From contig NC_091987.1 of assembly GCF_044704955.1 (NCBI RefSeq), forward strand, positions 117,304,001 to 117,368,000: a stretch of DNA of 64,000 bases. The letters run 5' to 3'. This stretch comes from Pristiophorus japonicus (taxonomy: Eukaryota). How positions within the stretch are numbered: the stretch's first letter is position 1; each line of letters opens with the position of its first letter. Positions 13,255 to 25,356 of the stretch are shown here, in pieces. A program made the translations under genes and the position numbers. The notes below the pieces were generated by a model. That model was not told the origin of the DNA. It made no database searches and was given only the letters and a program-made list of their open reading frames with translations.

Positions 13255-13813
13255 ACACTGGGGGATAGAATTGAAAAGTAGTGAAGTTATGTTAAACCTT
13301 TTAGAACCTTGGCTAGGCCATACTTGAAGCACATATTATAAAAAAGAACATAGAAGCACTGGAGAAGGTGCAAAAAAGATTTACTAGAATGATTCATGCC
13401 TAGCATGAAAGATTGAACAAGCTGAGGCTCTTTTCTCTAGAAAAGAGAAGGCTGACCTGATAGAGGTCTTTTAGATTATGAAAGCGTTCGATAGGGTAGA
13501 CGTAGAAAAAAAATGTTCACTTGTGGAGGAGTCCAAAACTAGGCACCATGAATATAAGATAGTCACCAATAAATCCAATAGGGAATTCAGAAGCAATTTT
13601 GTTACCCAGGGAGTGGTGAGAATATCGAGTTCGCTATCACATGGAGTAGTTGAGGCGAATCCCATTTAAGGGAAAGCTAAATAAACACATAAGGGAGAAA
13701 GGAATAGAAGGTTGTACTGATACGGTTAGCTGAAGAGGGGTAAGAGGAGGCTCATGTGGACTAGTTGAACCTAATGGCATGTTTCTGTGCTGCAAATTCT
13801 ATGTAATTCTATG
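13255..13813 (+). mobile_element. CR1 3' fragment
   Basis: MKAFDRVDVEK..TRHHEYKI..FVTQGVV; ATTCTATG tail. Confidence 0.8.
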
Positions 13814-13814
13814 A

Positions 13815-14209
13815 TGGTGGTGGCACTCTCGTCTCTGAGTCAGAAGCTTGTAGGTTCAACCCCAACTCTAGAGACTTGAGCACGTAATCGAGACTGACAC
13901 TTCAGTGCAATACTGAGGGAGTGCTGCATTGTCGGGAGATGCCATCTTTTGGATGAGATATTAAACTGAGGTCCGGTCTGCTCCCATAGCCAATATCCCG
14001 ATCAATATTTATCCTTCAACCAACATCACTAATGCAGAATATCTGGTTATTTATCTCATTGCTCATTGGTTTGTGGGGCCTTGCTGTGCACAAATTGACG
14101 ACTGTGTTTTGACTACATTACAATAGTGAAGTAATTCACTGGATGTGACGTGCAATGGGATATTCTGAGGATGTGAGAGACATTATTTGAATACAAGTAT
14201 TTTCTTTCT
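13815..14209 (+). mobile_element. tRNA-derived Deu-domain SINE (SacSINE1/AmnSINE1-like core)
   Basis: tRNA-like head (GGTGGCACTCTC..GAGTCAGAAG..GGTTCAA) followed by CTGACACTTCAGTGCAATACTGAGGGAGTGCTGCA..GGATGAGA. Confidence 0.75.
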
Positions 14210-14494
14210 GGTGTGAATTGAACAATAAAAAGGATAGAATTGCCAGCATTAACTAGGTGGGAGGAAGGGAAGAAGACTGGTAATGTGAACCAAGGAGGTG
14301 AGGGGGATGAAGAGTGCCTCCATGAACTGGGGAAGATTGGGAGAATGAGTGCCATAATCCTTCACTGTACAAATGATGATATGTTGGTTACAGCTGCAGC
14401 TTATGCTAAGAAAAGCTTGAGTTCCACTGCACTTTCAGTGTAACGACATGACCTGGGCCTATATTCAGTGCTGTTTCCGAATTGGTAGCTGTTG

Positions 14495-14564
14495 GACCCT
14501 CTTACTGTCCCACTCACACCAATCTGGAAAACCAGATTGGTGTGAGTGGGACAGTAAGAGGGTC
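14495..14564. repeat. Perfect inverted repeat: 33-bp arms, 4-nt AAAA loop
   Basis: GACCCTCTTACTGTCCCACTCACACCAATCTGG-AAAA-CCAGATTGGTGTGAGTGGGACAGTAAGAGGGTC; the arms are exact reverse complements. Confidence 0.95.
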
Positions 14565-17500
14565 TAAAATCACGATGAAGCAAAAGTCTGAATAGACTGA
14601 CAGAAAGTGCACAAGAATAGGAGTGAGGAACAGAGAATGAAATGGAAAAACATCCAAACAAAAATTCTTCTTAACATTTCTGTTTTGTGAAATATTGACA
14701 TCTCAAAAATCTTTTGTCTCAACTTGGTTTGTTTGGTCGTTTCCTGCTTTTTGACTAATCATAATTACAATTCTCATCTTCCTCACAGGGGTAGAAAGAT
14801 TGTTCTCCTGATTATTCATCATCCAAAGGCATACTGTAAAAAATGATCATCAATAGACCTAAAACTATGCACGCAGACTCAATCCAGAATACTTTATGTA
14901 CTCTTGTAAAAATGATGTTGATTATCAGTTAATCTATAAAGATCATTTACAGAAACAGAGTTGAATAAAAAGAAGAGAAAGACTGAGGCTCCTTGATTTT
15001 GGAAATATAATTTAGCTGACTTTTCTGATCATTGCTATGAGGAAATGCCAATGCTAAGTAGTACAAGGAATGGAACATTATCTGCCTTTTGCCTATTTAA
15101 AATTGTTCAAACCTGTTGTAGAAGAAGGACTTGGATTTATATAGCGCCTTTCACCGGACATCTCAAAGCACTTTACAGCCAATGAAGTACTTTTTGAAGT
15201 GTAGTCACTGTTGTAATGTGAGAAACGCGGCAGCCAATCTGTGCACAAGCAAGCTCCCACAAACAGCAATGTGAAAGAAACATAGAACATAGAAATATAG
15301 AAATTTACAGCATAGAAGGAGGCCATTTGGGCCCATCGTGTCCACGCCGGCCATCAAAGAGCCGCACGGCCCTCAGTCAGCAGCCCTGAAGATTACATGT
15401 AAACGCATGAACAATGAACAATGGCGGAAAGGTAAAGAGCACCCAACCTAACCAGTCTGCCCCACACAACTGCAACACCTCTTATACTGAAACATTCTAC
15501 ACTCCACCCCAACTGGAGCCATGTGATCTCCTGGGAGCGGCAAAAACCAGATAAAAACCCAGGCCAATTTGGGGGGGAAAAAAATCCAGGAAAATTCCTC
15601 TCCGACCCATCTAGGCAATCAAAACTAGTCCAGGAGATCACCCTGGCCGTATTTGATTCCCTGCAGTACTTACCATCATATCTGCACCGGCCAACAAGAG
15701 GTTATCCAGTCGAAACCCAATTACCAGCTCTAGCTCCGTAATCCTGCAGGTTACGGCACATTAAGTGCCCATCCAACCATCTTTTAAATGTGGTGAGGGT
15801 TTCTGCATCCACCTCTCTTCCAGGCAGTGAATTCCAGATCCCCACAACCCTCTGCGTAAAGAAGCCCCCCTTCAAATCCTATCTGAACCTTCCACCAACC
15901 ACCTTAAAACTATGCCCTCTTGTAATAGACCCCTCCACCAATGGAAATAGGCCCTTGCTATCCACTGTATCCAGGCCCCTCAATATTTTGTACACCTTAA
16001 TGAGGTCTCTTCTCAACCTTCTCTGTTCCAATGAGAACAAACCCAGTCTATCCAATCTGTCCTCATAACTAAGATTCTCCATTCCAGGCAACATCCTAGC
16101 AAATCTCCTCTGCACCCTCTCTAGTGCAATCACATCCTTCCTATAATACGCTGACCAGAACTGCATGCTGTGTTCCAGCTGTGGCCTAACCAAAGTATTA
16201 TACAATTTAAGAATAACCTCCATGCTCTTATATTCTATGCCTCAGCCAATAAAGGCAAGCATTCCGTATGCCTTCTTAACCACCTTATTCACCTGGCCTG
16301 TTACTTTCCGGGATCTGTGGACAAGCACTCCAAGGTCCCTTTGTTCATCTACACTATTAAGTGGCCTACCGCTTAATGTGTATACCCTTTCCTTATTAGC
16401 CCTCGCAAAGTACATTACCTCACACTTCTCTGAATTAAATTCCATTTGTCACTGCTCTGCCCATCTGACCAGTAGACCAGTATCCTTCAGCAGCCCATGA
16501 CTTTCCACTTCATTATCAACCACACAGCCAAATTTTGTTGATTATATACCACAAAAAGCAAGGGACCCAGTACTGAGCCCTGCGGAACCCCATCTTTCCA
16601 GTCACAAAAACAGCCATTACCCTTTGCTTCCTACCTCTAAGCCAATTTTAGATCCAACTTGCCACTTTGCCCTGGATCCCATGGGCTTTAACCCTCATGA
16701 CCAGTATACCATGTGGGACCTTATCAAAAGCTTTGCCAAAGTCCATATACACTACATCATATGCACTACCCTTATCAAACTTCTTGGTTACCTCCTCAAA
16801 AAGTTCAATCAGGTTAGTCAAACACGATCTTCCCTTAACAAATCCGTGCTGACTGTCCCTAATTAATCCTTGCCTTTCCAAATGTAGATTTATCCTGTCT
16901 TTCAAGGCTTTCCCAATAATTTTCCCACCACTGAGGTTAGGTTGACAGGCCTGTAATTACTCGGCCTATCCCTTTCTTCCTTCTTAAACAAGGGTACCAC
17001 ATTAATAGTCCACCAATCTTCTGGCACCATACACAAATCCAAAGAGGACTGGAAAATGATGGTCAAGGCCTCTGCTATTTCCTCTTTTACTTCGCTCAAC
17101 TGCCTGGGATGCATTTCATCCAGGCCTGGGGACTTATCTACTTTCAAAGCTGCGAAGCCCCTTAATACTTCCTCTCTCACTTTGTTTATTTCATCCAGAA
17201 TATCACACTCCTCCTCAATAGCAGTATCTACATTGCCCCTTTTGTTATGTATTTAACCCCTCGCAACCTGTATTACACTACACCAGAGCACCTAACTGTT
17301 CGAGTCCCAAGGGATCCTAGCATCCCTTGGGAGCATGATATATAAGCAGGCCACCCACGAGGTACCTGCACTCTGGAGTCTTATTAAATGAGCTAAGGTC
17401 ACACTTGTTCATTGTACTCAGTACTCAGTTTCATACTTTATTATGCACGCATCAATTGGCGACAAGGTAACAAACAACCACGCGAAAATGCAAAGAACAG

Positions 17501-19280
17501 TTGTTATCCTGGAGAAGTTCTCAGAAGGGGATGATTGGAAGGCCTTCATGGAGAGATTCGACCAATGCTTTGTGGCCAACGAGCTGGAAGGGGACGAGAA
17601 TGCTGCCAAACGAAGGGCGATCCTCCTAACTGTCTGTAGGGCCTCATGAAGAATCTCCTAGCTCCGGTAAAACCAACAGCTAAATCCTATGAAAAATTGT
17701 GTACGCTGGTCCGGGAGCACTTAAATCCTAAGGAAAGCGTTTTGAAGGCAAGATATCGGTTCTACACGTGTCAACAGTCGGAGAGCCAGGAAGTGGCGAG
17801 CTATGTTGCCGAACTAAGGCGCCTCGCAGGACATTGCGAATTTGAGGGATTCCTAGAACAAATGCTTGGAGACTTTTTTGTACTGGGCAGTGGCCATGAG
17901 GTAACCCTTCGCAAACTGTTGACTGTTGAAACTCTGAATCTGAGTAAAGTCATAACGATAGCCCAGACATTTATGTTCACCAGCGACAACACCAAACAGA
18001 TTTTGCAAAGTAAAGAAGTTTTGGCCAGTACTGTGCATAAAGTAATGTCGTTTTCGAGCAGGAATATACATGGCAGAACGAACACGCTGGCTGCTGCTGC
18101 CCGACCTCAGATAACCCAGAGTCCGCCATCAATCGTTAATGCGAGGTAGTTAACAACTTGTTGGTGCTGTGGAGGTGACTATCGGCCCCATCAATACCAC
18201 TTCAAGCACTATGCGTGCAATGGTTGCAGAACAATGGGACACCTCCAGCGAATGTTCAGGCGAGCTGCAAACCCTACAAAACACCACATTACAGAGGAAG
18301 ATCGATCCACTGTGGATCAGGCTGAATTGGAGACTCGTACCGAGGAGGCAGCAGTGTACAGGGTACACACATTCACCACGAAATGTCCAACAATAATGTT
18401 GAAAGTTGAACTGAACGGAATTCCAGTATCTATGGAACTGGACACGGGTGCGAGTCGGTCCATAATGAGTAAAAAGGTCTTCAACAGGCTGTGGGGCAAC
18501 AAGGCACACAGGCCCAAGCTCAGCCCCATTCACACCAAACTAAAAACTTACACCAAGGAGCTAATCCCTGTAATTGGCAGTGCAGAAGTCAAGTCTCCTA
18601 TGATGGAACAGTACACGAACTCCCACAGTGGATTGTGCCAGGGGATGGCTCCACATTGTTTGGCAGAAGCTGGCTGGCAAAAATCTGCTGGAACTGGGAC
18701 GACATCCGAGCGCTTTCATCTGTCAACAACGCCTCATGTGCCCAGGTTCTGAGCAGGTTTCCATCGTTGTTCGAGCCAGGCATTAGAAGCTTCTCCGGGG
18801 CGAAAGTGCAGATCCACTTGGTTCCCGGTACGCGACCCATCCACGACAAGGCACAGGCGGTACCATATATGATGCGTGAGAAAGTGGAAATTGAGCTGGA
18901 CAGGCTGCAGCAAGAAGGCATCATCACGCCGATGGAATTCAACGAGTGAGCCAGTCCGATTGTCCCGGTACTTAAAGAGGACGGCATGGTCAGAATTTGT
19001 GGGGACTATAAAGTAACGATTAACCGTTTTTCGCGACAGGACCAGAACCCGCTACCCAAGGCAGACAACCTATTTGCGACCCTGGCTGGAGGGAAGACGT
19101 TCACCAAGCTGGACCTGTCCTAGGCCTACATGACGCAGGAGCTGGAGGAGTCTTCGAAAGGCCTCACCTGCATCAACATGCACAAAGATCTGTTCATCTA
19201 TAACAGATGTCCGTTCGGGATTTGGTCGGCCCCGGCAATCTTTCAACGGAACATGAAGAGCTTGCTAAAGTCGGTTCCTC

Positions 19281-19528
19281 GTAATATGTCCTTACTTTAC
19301 AGTATAAATGCACACGGGGCCCATACTTGAGAGAAGATCACTCTGTGACCAGCTACCTTTATTACCAAGACCTCAGAAGGCAGACGGTGGGTGGCGCTTC
19401 CCCTTTTATACCGGAAAGTCCAGGTTAGGAGTGTCTCCTACAAGTTCGCCCCCTGTGGTCAGTGTTCTCAAGATGTATAACTTAGGTCAGCTTATACATG
19501 GGTTACAATGACAGTTGAATACATGACA
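19281..19528 (-). mobile_element. Solo LTR of a different family, inserted in the Gypsy RT
   Basis: GTAAT..TGACA ends with TSD CCTC; removing it restores KSVPHTVVFQDD; AATAAA and TATA-like signals lie on the - strand. Confidence 0.8.
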
Positions 19529-19809
19529 CCTCACACCGTGGTTTTCCAGGACGACATACTGGTTACAGGTCGGGACACCATTGAGCACCTGAAGAATCTG
19601 GAAGAGGTTCTTAGTCGGTTGGATCGCAGGTTGAAACGCTCGAAGTGTGTTTTCCTGGCGCAGGAGGTCGAGTTCTTGGGAAGAAGAATCGCAGCAGACG
19701 GCATCAGACCCAATGACGCCAAGACGGAGGCCATCAAGAACACCCCGAGACCACAGAACATGACGGAGCTGTGGTCGTTCCTGGGACTCCTTAACTATTT
19801 TGGTAATTT

Positions 19810-20698
19810 CATAGAAACATAGAATGGCGGTGCAGGCTCATTCAATGAGTTCATGGCTGAACATGCAACTTCAGTACCCCTGCTTTCTCGCCATACCCCT
19901 TGATCCCCCTAGTAGTAAGGACTACATCTAACTCCTTTTTGAATATATTTAGTGAATTGGCTCAACAACTTTCTGTGGTAGAGAATTCCACAGGTTCACC
20001 ACTCTCTGGGTGAAGAAGTTTCTCCTCATCTCGGTCCTAAATGGCTTACCCCCTATCCTTAGACTGTGACCCCTGGATCTGGACTTCCCCAACATCGGGA
20101 ACATTCTTCCTGCATCTAACCTGTCTAAACCCGTCAGAATTTTAAACGTTTCTATGAGATCCCCTCTCATTCTTCTGAACTCCAGTGAATACAAGCCCAG
20201 TTGATCCAGTCTTTCTTAATATGTCAGTCCCGCCATCCCAGGAATCAGTCTGGTGAACCTTCGCTGCACTCCCTCAATAGCAAGAATGCCCTTCCTCAAG
20301 TTAGGAGACCAAAACTGTCCACAATACTCCAGGTGTGGCCTCACCAAGGCCCTGTACAACTGTAGTAACACCTCCCTGCCCCTGGACTCAAATCCCCTTG
20401 CTATGAAGGCCAACATTTGCTTTCTTAACCACCTGCTGTACCTGCATGCCAACCTTCAATGACTGATGTACCATGACACCCAGGTCCCGTTGCACCTCCC
20501 CTTTTCCTAATCTGTCACCATTCAGATAATAGTCTGTCTCTCTGTTTTTACCACCAAAGTGGATAACCTCACATTTATCCACATTATACTTCATCTGCCA
20601 TGCATTTGCCTACTCACCTAACCTATCCGAGTCACTCTGCAGCATCATAGCATCCTCCTCGCAGCTCACACTGCCACCCAACTTAGTGTCATCCGCAA
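19810..20698 (-). mobile_element. Young 5'-truncated CR1 inserted in the Gypsy pol
   Basis: Near-identical to the 3' ~0.9 kb of the intact CR1 at 50905-55064; removing it restores NYFGNFLPG. Confidence 0.92.
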
Positions 20699-21280
20699 AT
20701 TCCTACCTGGGTTAAGCACTCTGCTAGAACCCCTATATGCGCAAGGGAGATGACTGGGTATGGAGGAATTCACAAGAGGCTGCCTTTAAGAAAGCCAGGA
20801 ATCTGTTGTGTTCAAACAAACTGCTTGTCCTGTATAACCCTTGTAAACGATTGGTGCTAGCTTGCGATGCGTCGTCATACGGGGTTGGGTGTGTATTACA
20901 ACAGGCTAACGAATTGGGAATTTTGCAACCGGTCGCTTATGCGTCCAGGAGTTTGTCCAAAATTGAAAGGGCCTACAGCATGATTGAAAAAAGGCTCTCG
21001 AGTGCGTTTACGGGGTAAAGAAAATGCACCAGTACATATTTGGCCACAAGTTTGAGCTTGAAACTTACCACAAGCCGCTCACAACGCTGTTCTCTGAGAG
21101 CAAAGGGATTAATACCAATGCCTCTACCTGCATCCAAAGATAGGCGCTCACGCTGTCGGCATACAACTATGTAATCCGCCACTGACCGGGCACAGAGAAC
21201 TGCGCTGATACTCTCAGTCGGCTGCCATTACTCATCACCGGGATGAAAATGGCACAGCCTGCGGACTTGCTCATGGTAAT

Positions 21281-21492
21281 TGTTATATATGTAAACCTGT
21301 AAATACCTCGTGTAGCCAACAGAGATCTCTTCCCCTGGAGTCCCAAGGGATCACACAATCCCTTGGGAGCACCTGTACTTAAGGAGGCCACACAGGCTGG
21401 AGAGGCACTCTGGAGACCTTTAATAAAAGACTACGGTCACACTTTACTTTGAACTCACAGTATCTGGTCAGACTCTTTATTCATACATAACA
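21281..21492 (+). mobile_element. Solo LTR, same family as the LTRs of the 49396-58434 Gypsy
   Basis: TGTTAT..ATAACA termini; 5-bp TSD GTAAT; reverse complement of the 49396-49607 LTR. Confidence 0.9.
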
Positions 21493-24284
21493 GTAATGGA
21501 TGCATTCAAAATTGAAAAGTCACCCGTTACGGCCTGCCAGATCAGGACCTGGACCAGCCAGGATCCTTTACTGCGCTTGGTAAAAAATTGTGTCCTCCAT
21601 GGGAGCTGGTCCGGTGTCCCAGTGGAGATGAAGGAGGTAATTAAGCAGTTCCACAGGCGCAAATGCGAAATGTCCCTGCAGGTTCTGGGGCAATTGCGTG
21701 GTCTTGCCCTAGAAAAGCAGAGATACGTTCATTTGTGAACTGCCCAGCACCCACCCAGGCATTGTAATGATGAAAGTCATAGCCAGATCCCATGTGTGGT
21801 GGCCCGTCATCGACTCAGATTTAGAGTCATGCGTGCACCAGTGCAACACTTGCTCTCAGCTGAGCAATGCACCCAGAGAGGCACCGCTACGTTTGTGGTT
21901 GTGGCCCTCCAAACCGTGGTCAAGGATCCACGTGGACTCTGCGGGCCCATTTCCAGGCAAAATGTTCTTGGTTGTCGTGGATGCTTTCTCAAAATGGATT
22001 GAATGTGCAATATGTCTGTAAGCACGTCCATGGCCACTGTTGAAAGCCTACGAGCCATGTTTGCCACGCATGGCCTACCTGATGTCCTAGTCAGCGACAA
22101 TGGGCCTTATTTCACCAGTGCTGAATTCAAGGAATTCATGACCCCCAATGGAATCAAGCACGTCACATCTGCCCCGTTCAAGCCCGCATCCAACGGCCAG
22201 GCAGAACGGGGAGTTCAGACCATCAAGCAAAGCTTATCCCGACTACCCCAAGTGCGGCTCAGCTACCGCACAAGACCCCACTCGCTCACCGGGGTTCCCC
22301 CAGCCGAGCTGCTCATGAAAAGGGCGCTCAAAACAAGGCTCTCTCTTGTCCACCCTGATCTCCATGGTCACGTGGAGGGCAGGTGGCATCAACAAAGTGT
22401 GTACCATGACCGCGCAAATTTGTCACGCGATATTGAGGTCAAGGACTCTGTGTTTGTACTCAGTTTCGAACATGGTCCCAAATGGCTCGCTGGTACGGTC
22501 ATAGCCAAAGAAGGGAGTAGGGTGTTTCAGGTCAAATTGGCCAAAGGACTAATGTGATGAAAGCATTTGGACCAAATCAAATTGCGGTTCACCAACAGCT
22601 ACGAACAACTCGAAGAAGACACCACCAACTGTGACCCTCCAACACACACACAAGTGGCAACTGATATCATGGTTGACCACAAAGCTGAACTCACCATCTC
22701 CAGCAGCCCGGCAAGGCCAGCTACCCAGCAGCCCAGTGAAGAACCAACCAACTTTGAATTACCCGCATCTGTACCGAGATGATCGACAAGGGAGCGAAAA
22801 GCCCCAGATTGTCTCACCTTGTAAATAAATGTACTATTGACTTTATGGGGGAGTGATGTTATGTATTTAACCCCTCACAACCTGTACTACCACCAGAGGA
22901 CCTACCTGTTGGAGTCCCAAGGGATCCCAACATCCCTTGGGAGCATGGTATATACGCAGGCTACCCACGAGGCACCTGCACTCTGGAGTCTTATTAAAGG
23001 AGCTAAGGTCACACTTGCTCATTGTACACAGTACTCAGTTTCATCCTTTATTATGAACGCATCACTTTTTCTTTGTGAAAACAGATGCAAAGTATTCATT
23101 AAGAACCTTACGAACATCTTCTGCCTCCACACAAAGATTACCCTCATGGTCTCTAACAGGCCCTACCCTTTCTTTAATTACCCTCTTACTCTTAATATAT
23201 TTATAGAACATTTTTGGATTTTCCTTAATTTTAGTAGCCAAGAATTTTTCATGCTCTCTCTTAGCATTCCTAATATCCTTTTTAATTTTGCCTCTTAACT
23301 TTCTATATTCCTGCAAAGATTCTATAGTATTTAGCCGTTGGTATATGATAATGACCAGATCATCAGTTTATGTTGATAAATATTGGCTGGGACACCGGGC
23401 TTTACTCCCCTGCTCTTCTTCAAAATAGTGCCATGGGATCTTTTACGTCCACGTGAGAGCGCGGATGGTACCTTGGTTTAACGTCTCATCCGAAAGGTGG
23501 ATCTGTAAGCTGTAAGTATTCCCATATCAGGGGAAACATGGCCAAATAACCAAATATGTTTCACCCCAACCTAGAAGAAGCAGTTCTACTCTTTGTGATA
23601 CCTTTAATTCCCAAATCAGCCACCCTGTGTCATCTCTGAGTGAAATGATCAGACTAATAATGAAGTGTGGATCGGTTTATATTTTGTTCTTCTAGCCACT
23701 GGGAGCCGAGTTGAGACTTCCCAACCCTATTTCACGTCAGATAAGTTACCGCCAGCAGAGAGCGGCGACTTTTATTCTTCCAGTCTGGGTTGGATCTGTT
23801 TCAGTTCCCTCAGGCTGTATTTCACTGCGCCACCCAATTACCTCAGCAGTTTGTCTTTTTTCAGATGATGATTAATTGCAGATTCATGTTGTGTTATATT
23901 TCTTAATCACTGTTTCCTGTTATTTACAAATCAAACTACAAAGGGAGCATTGTATGGCCTGCAAACTTACACAGATGAGATTAATGGCTTGGAGCAGCTA
24001 GGGCTAAAAATTCGCTTTCCCCCAAAAAACAGGCGTGGGGATCGCAATGCGCAATCACCCTGCGCCCGTTCAAATGAATGCACGGAGCACACTAACTGTG
24101 TGCTGCCTGCTGATTACCATGATTCAAAAATGTAGATTAATAATAGATATTTAAAAGTATTTCGATTGAGAGTCTAAAATGTAAGTTTTAAAAGTTCTTC
24201 CAAATTGTTTAATAAGTTTAAAAGTTGGTTAAAAATGTAAAAATTAATTAAAAGTTGGTTGGGAGTATGAGACGACGCCACGCC

Positions 24285-24420
24285 TCGGTCCCTTCGGCTG
24301 GTTCGACGTTCCTCGAATCCAGTGCAGAGTCCTTTCGGCCCGGGATGGAAACGGCCGGTACAGGGTCCCTTCGGCCAGGGACAGAAGTGGCCGGTATGGG
24401 GTCCCTTCGGCCAGCAACAG
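24285..24420 (+). repeat. Degenerate ~31-bp GC-rich tandem repeat (GGTCCCTTCGGCC core, about 4 units)
   Basis: GTCCCTTCGGC/GTCCTTTCGGCC recurs near 24287, 24329, 24364 and 24401. Confidence 0.7.
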
Positions 24421-24682
24421 AAGCTGCTGAGTGTACTCTCAGGCCTCCAGCGGTGTCCAGACCTCTCCCCAGCGGCGTCCAGGTGTTCACACAGATCGGG
24501 GCGGCCCACCCAACACGCCTGTCAGGTAAGGCCAAGCTCACCCGCCCAATTGCTCGCGCTTCTTACTGAGGGGCGGGGCTCAGTGGCGCACGCGCACTTT
24601 TAGAAACTTTTTAAATTGGGGTAACTTTTATAATCTAATATTGATTTACAGCTTAGACTTTTAACAACTCTTAGAAACTTTT

Positions 24683-25356
24683 TAGAAACATAGAAAATAG
24701 GTACAGGAGTAGGCCATTCGGCCCTTCGAGCCTGCACCACCATTCAACAAGATCATGGCTGATCACCCACCCCAGCACCTCCCCCTCTACACCCCCCGAC
24801 CCCCCCCAGCCGCAAGGACCACATCTAACTCCCTCCCGAACACATCCAATGAACTGGCATCAACAACTCTCCGCAGCAGGGAACCCCACAGGCCAACAAC
24901 TCCCCGAGTGAAGAAGTCTCTCCCAATCACAGCCCCAAACAGCCCACCTCCCCATCCCAATCCCCACCCCCCACCCCCCCGGCTCCGGACCCACCCAACA
25001 CCGGGAACACTGCCCCCCGCACCCAACCCGCCCCATCCCGTCAGAATCCTTCCCAAATGCCGAACACCCCCGGATGTTGAGCCCCCAGCCCCGGCCACCC
25101 CGGAGCCACGCCCCCGCGACGCCAACCACACCACATCCACCAACCGCCATCTGCGCAGTCAACCCGTCCACCCCACTCTGAACACTCCCCGCATCGAGGC
25201 ACAGAGCCCCCAGGCCCGCCCCTCCAACACACTTCGCCCCCCAGACCTCCGCTGCAATGTGACCCCTCCTGTCCCTCGCCCTGGGTTTCTCCGCCCCCCA
25301 CCTCCACCACTCTCCCCTCCATCCCCCGCCCCCGTCTCTCCTCAACTTCCCTCTGT
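24683..25356 (-). mobile_element. Internally deleted CR1 with massive A-to-G hypermutation (3' end joined to the start of ORF2 near 25048)
   Basis: Aligns to the reverse complement of 48280-48650 and to 53641-53950; differences are overwhelmingly T-to-C on the + strand. Confidence 0.9.

Larger units (their letters stand above)
17243..23064 (+). mobile_element. Ty3/Gypsy LTR retrotransposon, decayed; LTRs 17243-17454 and 22857-23064
   Basis: TG..CA LTRs of about 210 bp; TSD CTTT; PBS TGGCGAC at 17457; PPT GGGGGAGTGA; gag zinc knuckles, protease LDTGA, RT VFQDD, RNase H CDAS, integrase VSDNG..SNGQAER. Confidence 0.95.
15274..23345 (-). mobile_element. 5'-truncated CR1 LINE with a long 3'UTR, split by a Gypsy element (parts 15274-17242 and 23065-23345)
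   Basis: RT motifs (SQHGFVKGRSCLTNL, DFGKAFDKVPH, KCEVMYF) and a (CATAGAAA)-type tail; the sequence rejoins across the Gypsy as YFASVFTK.. Confidence 0.9.
15121..23500 (-). mobile_element. Deu-SINE split by the nested cluster (halves 15121-15273 and about 23345-23500)
   Basis: Left half ends ACAGCAATGTGA; right half resumes TGATAATGACCAGAT..ATAGTGCCATGGGATCTTTTACGTCCAC, contiguous in the intact copy at 61174-61637. Confidence 0.8.
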
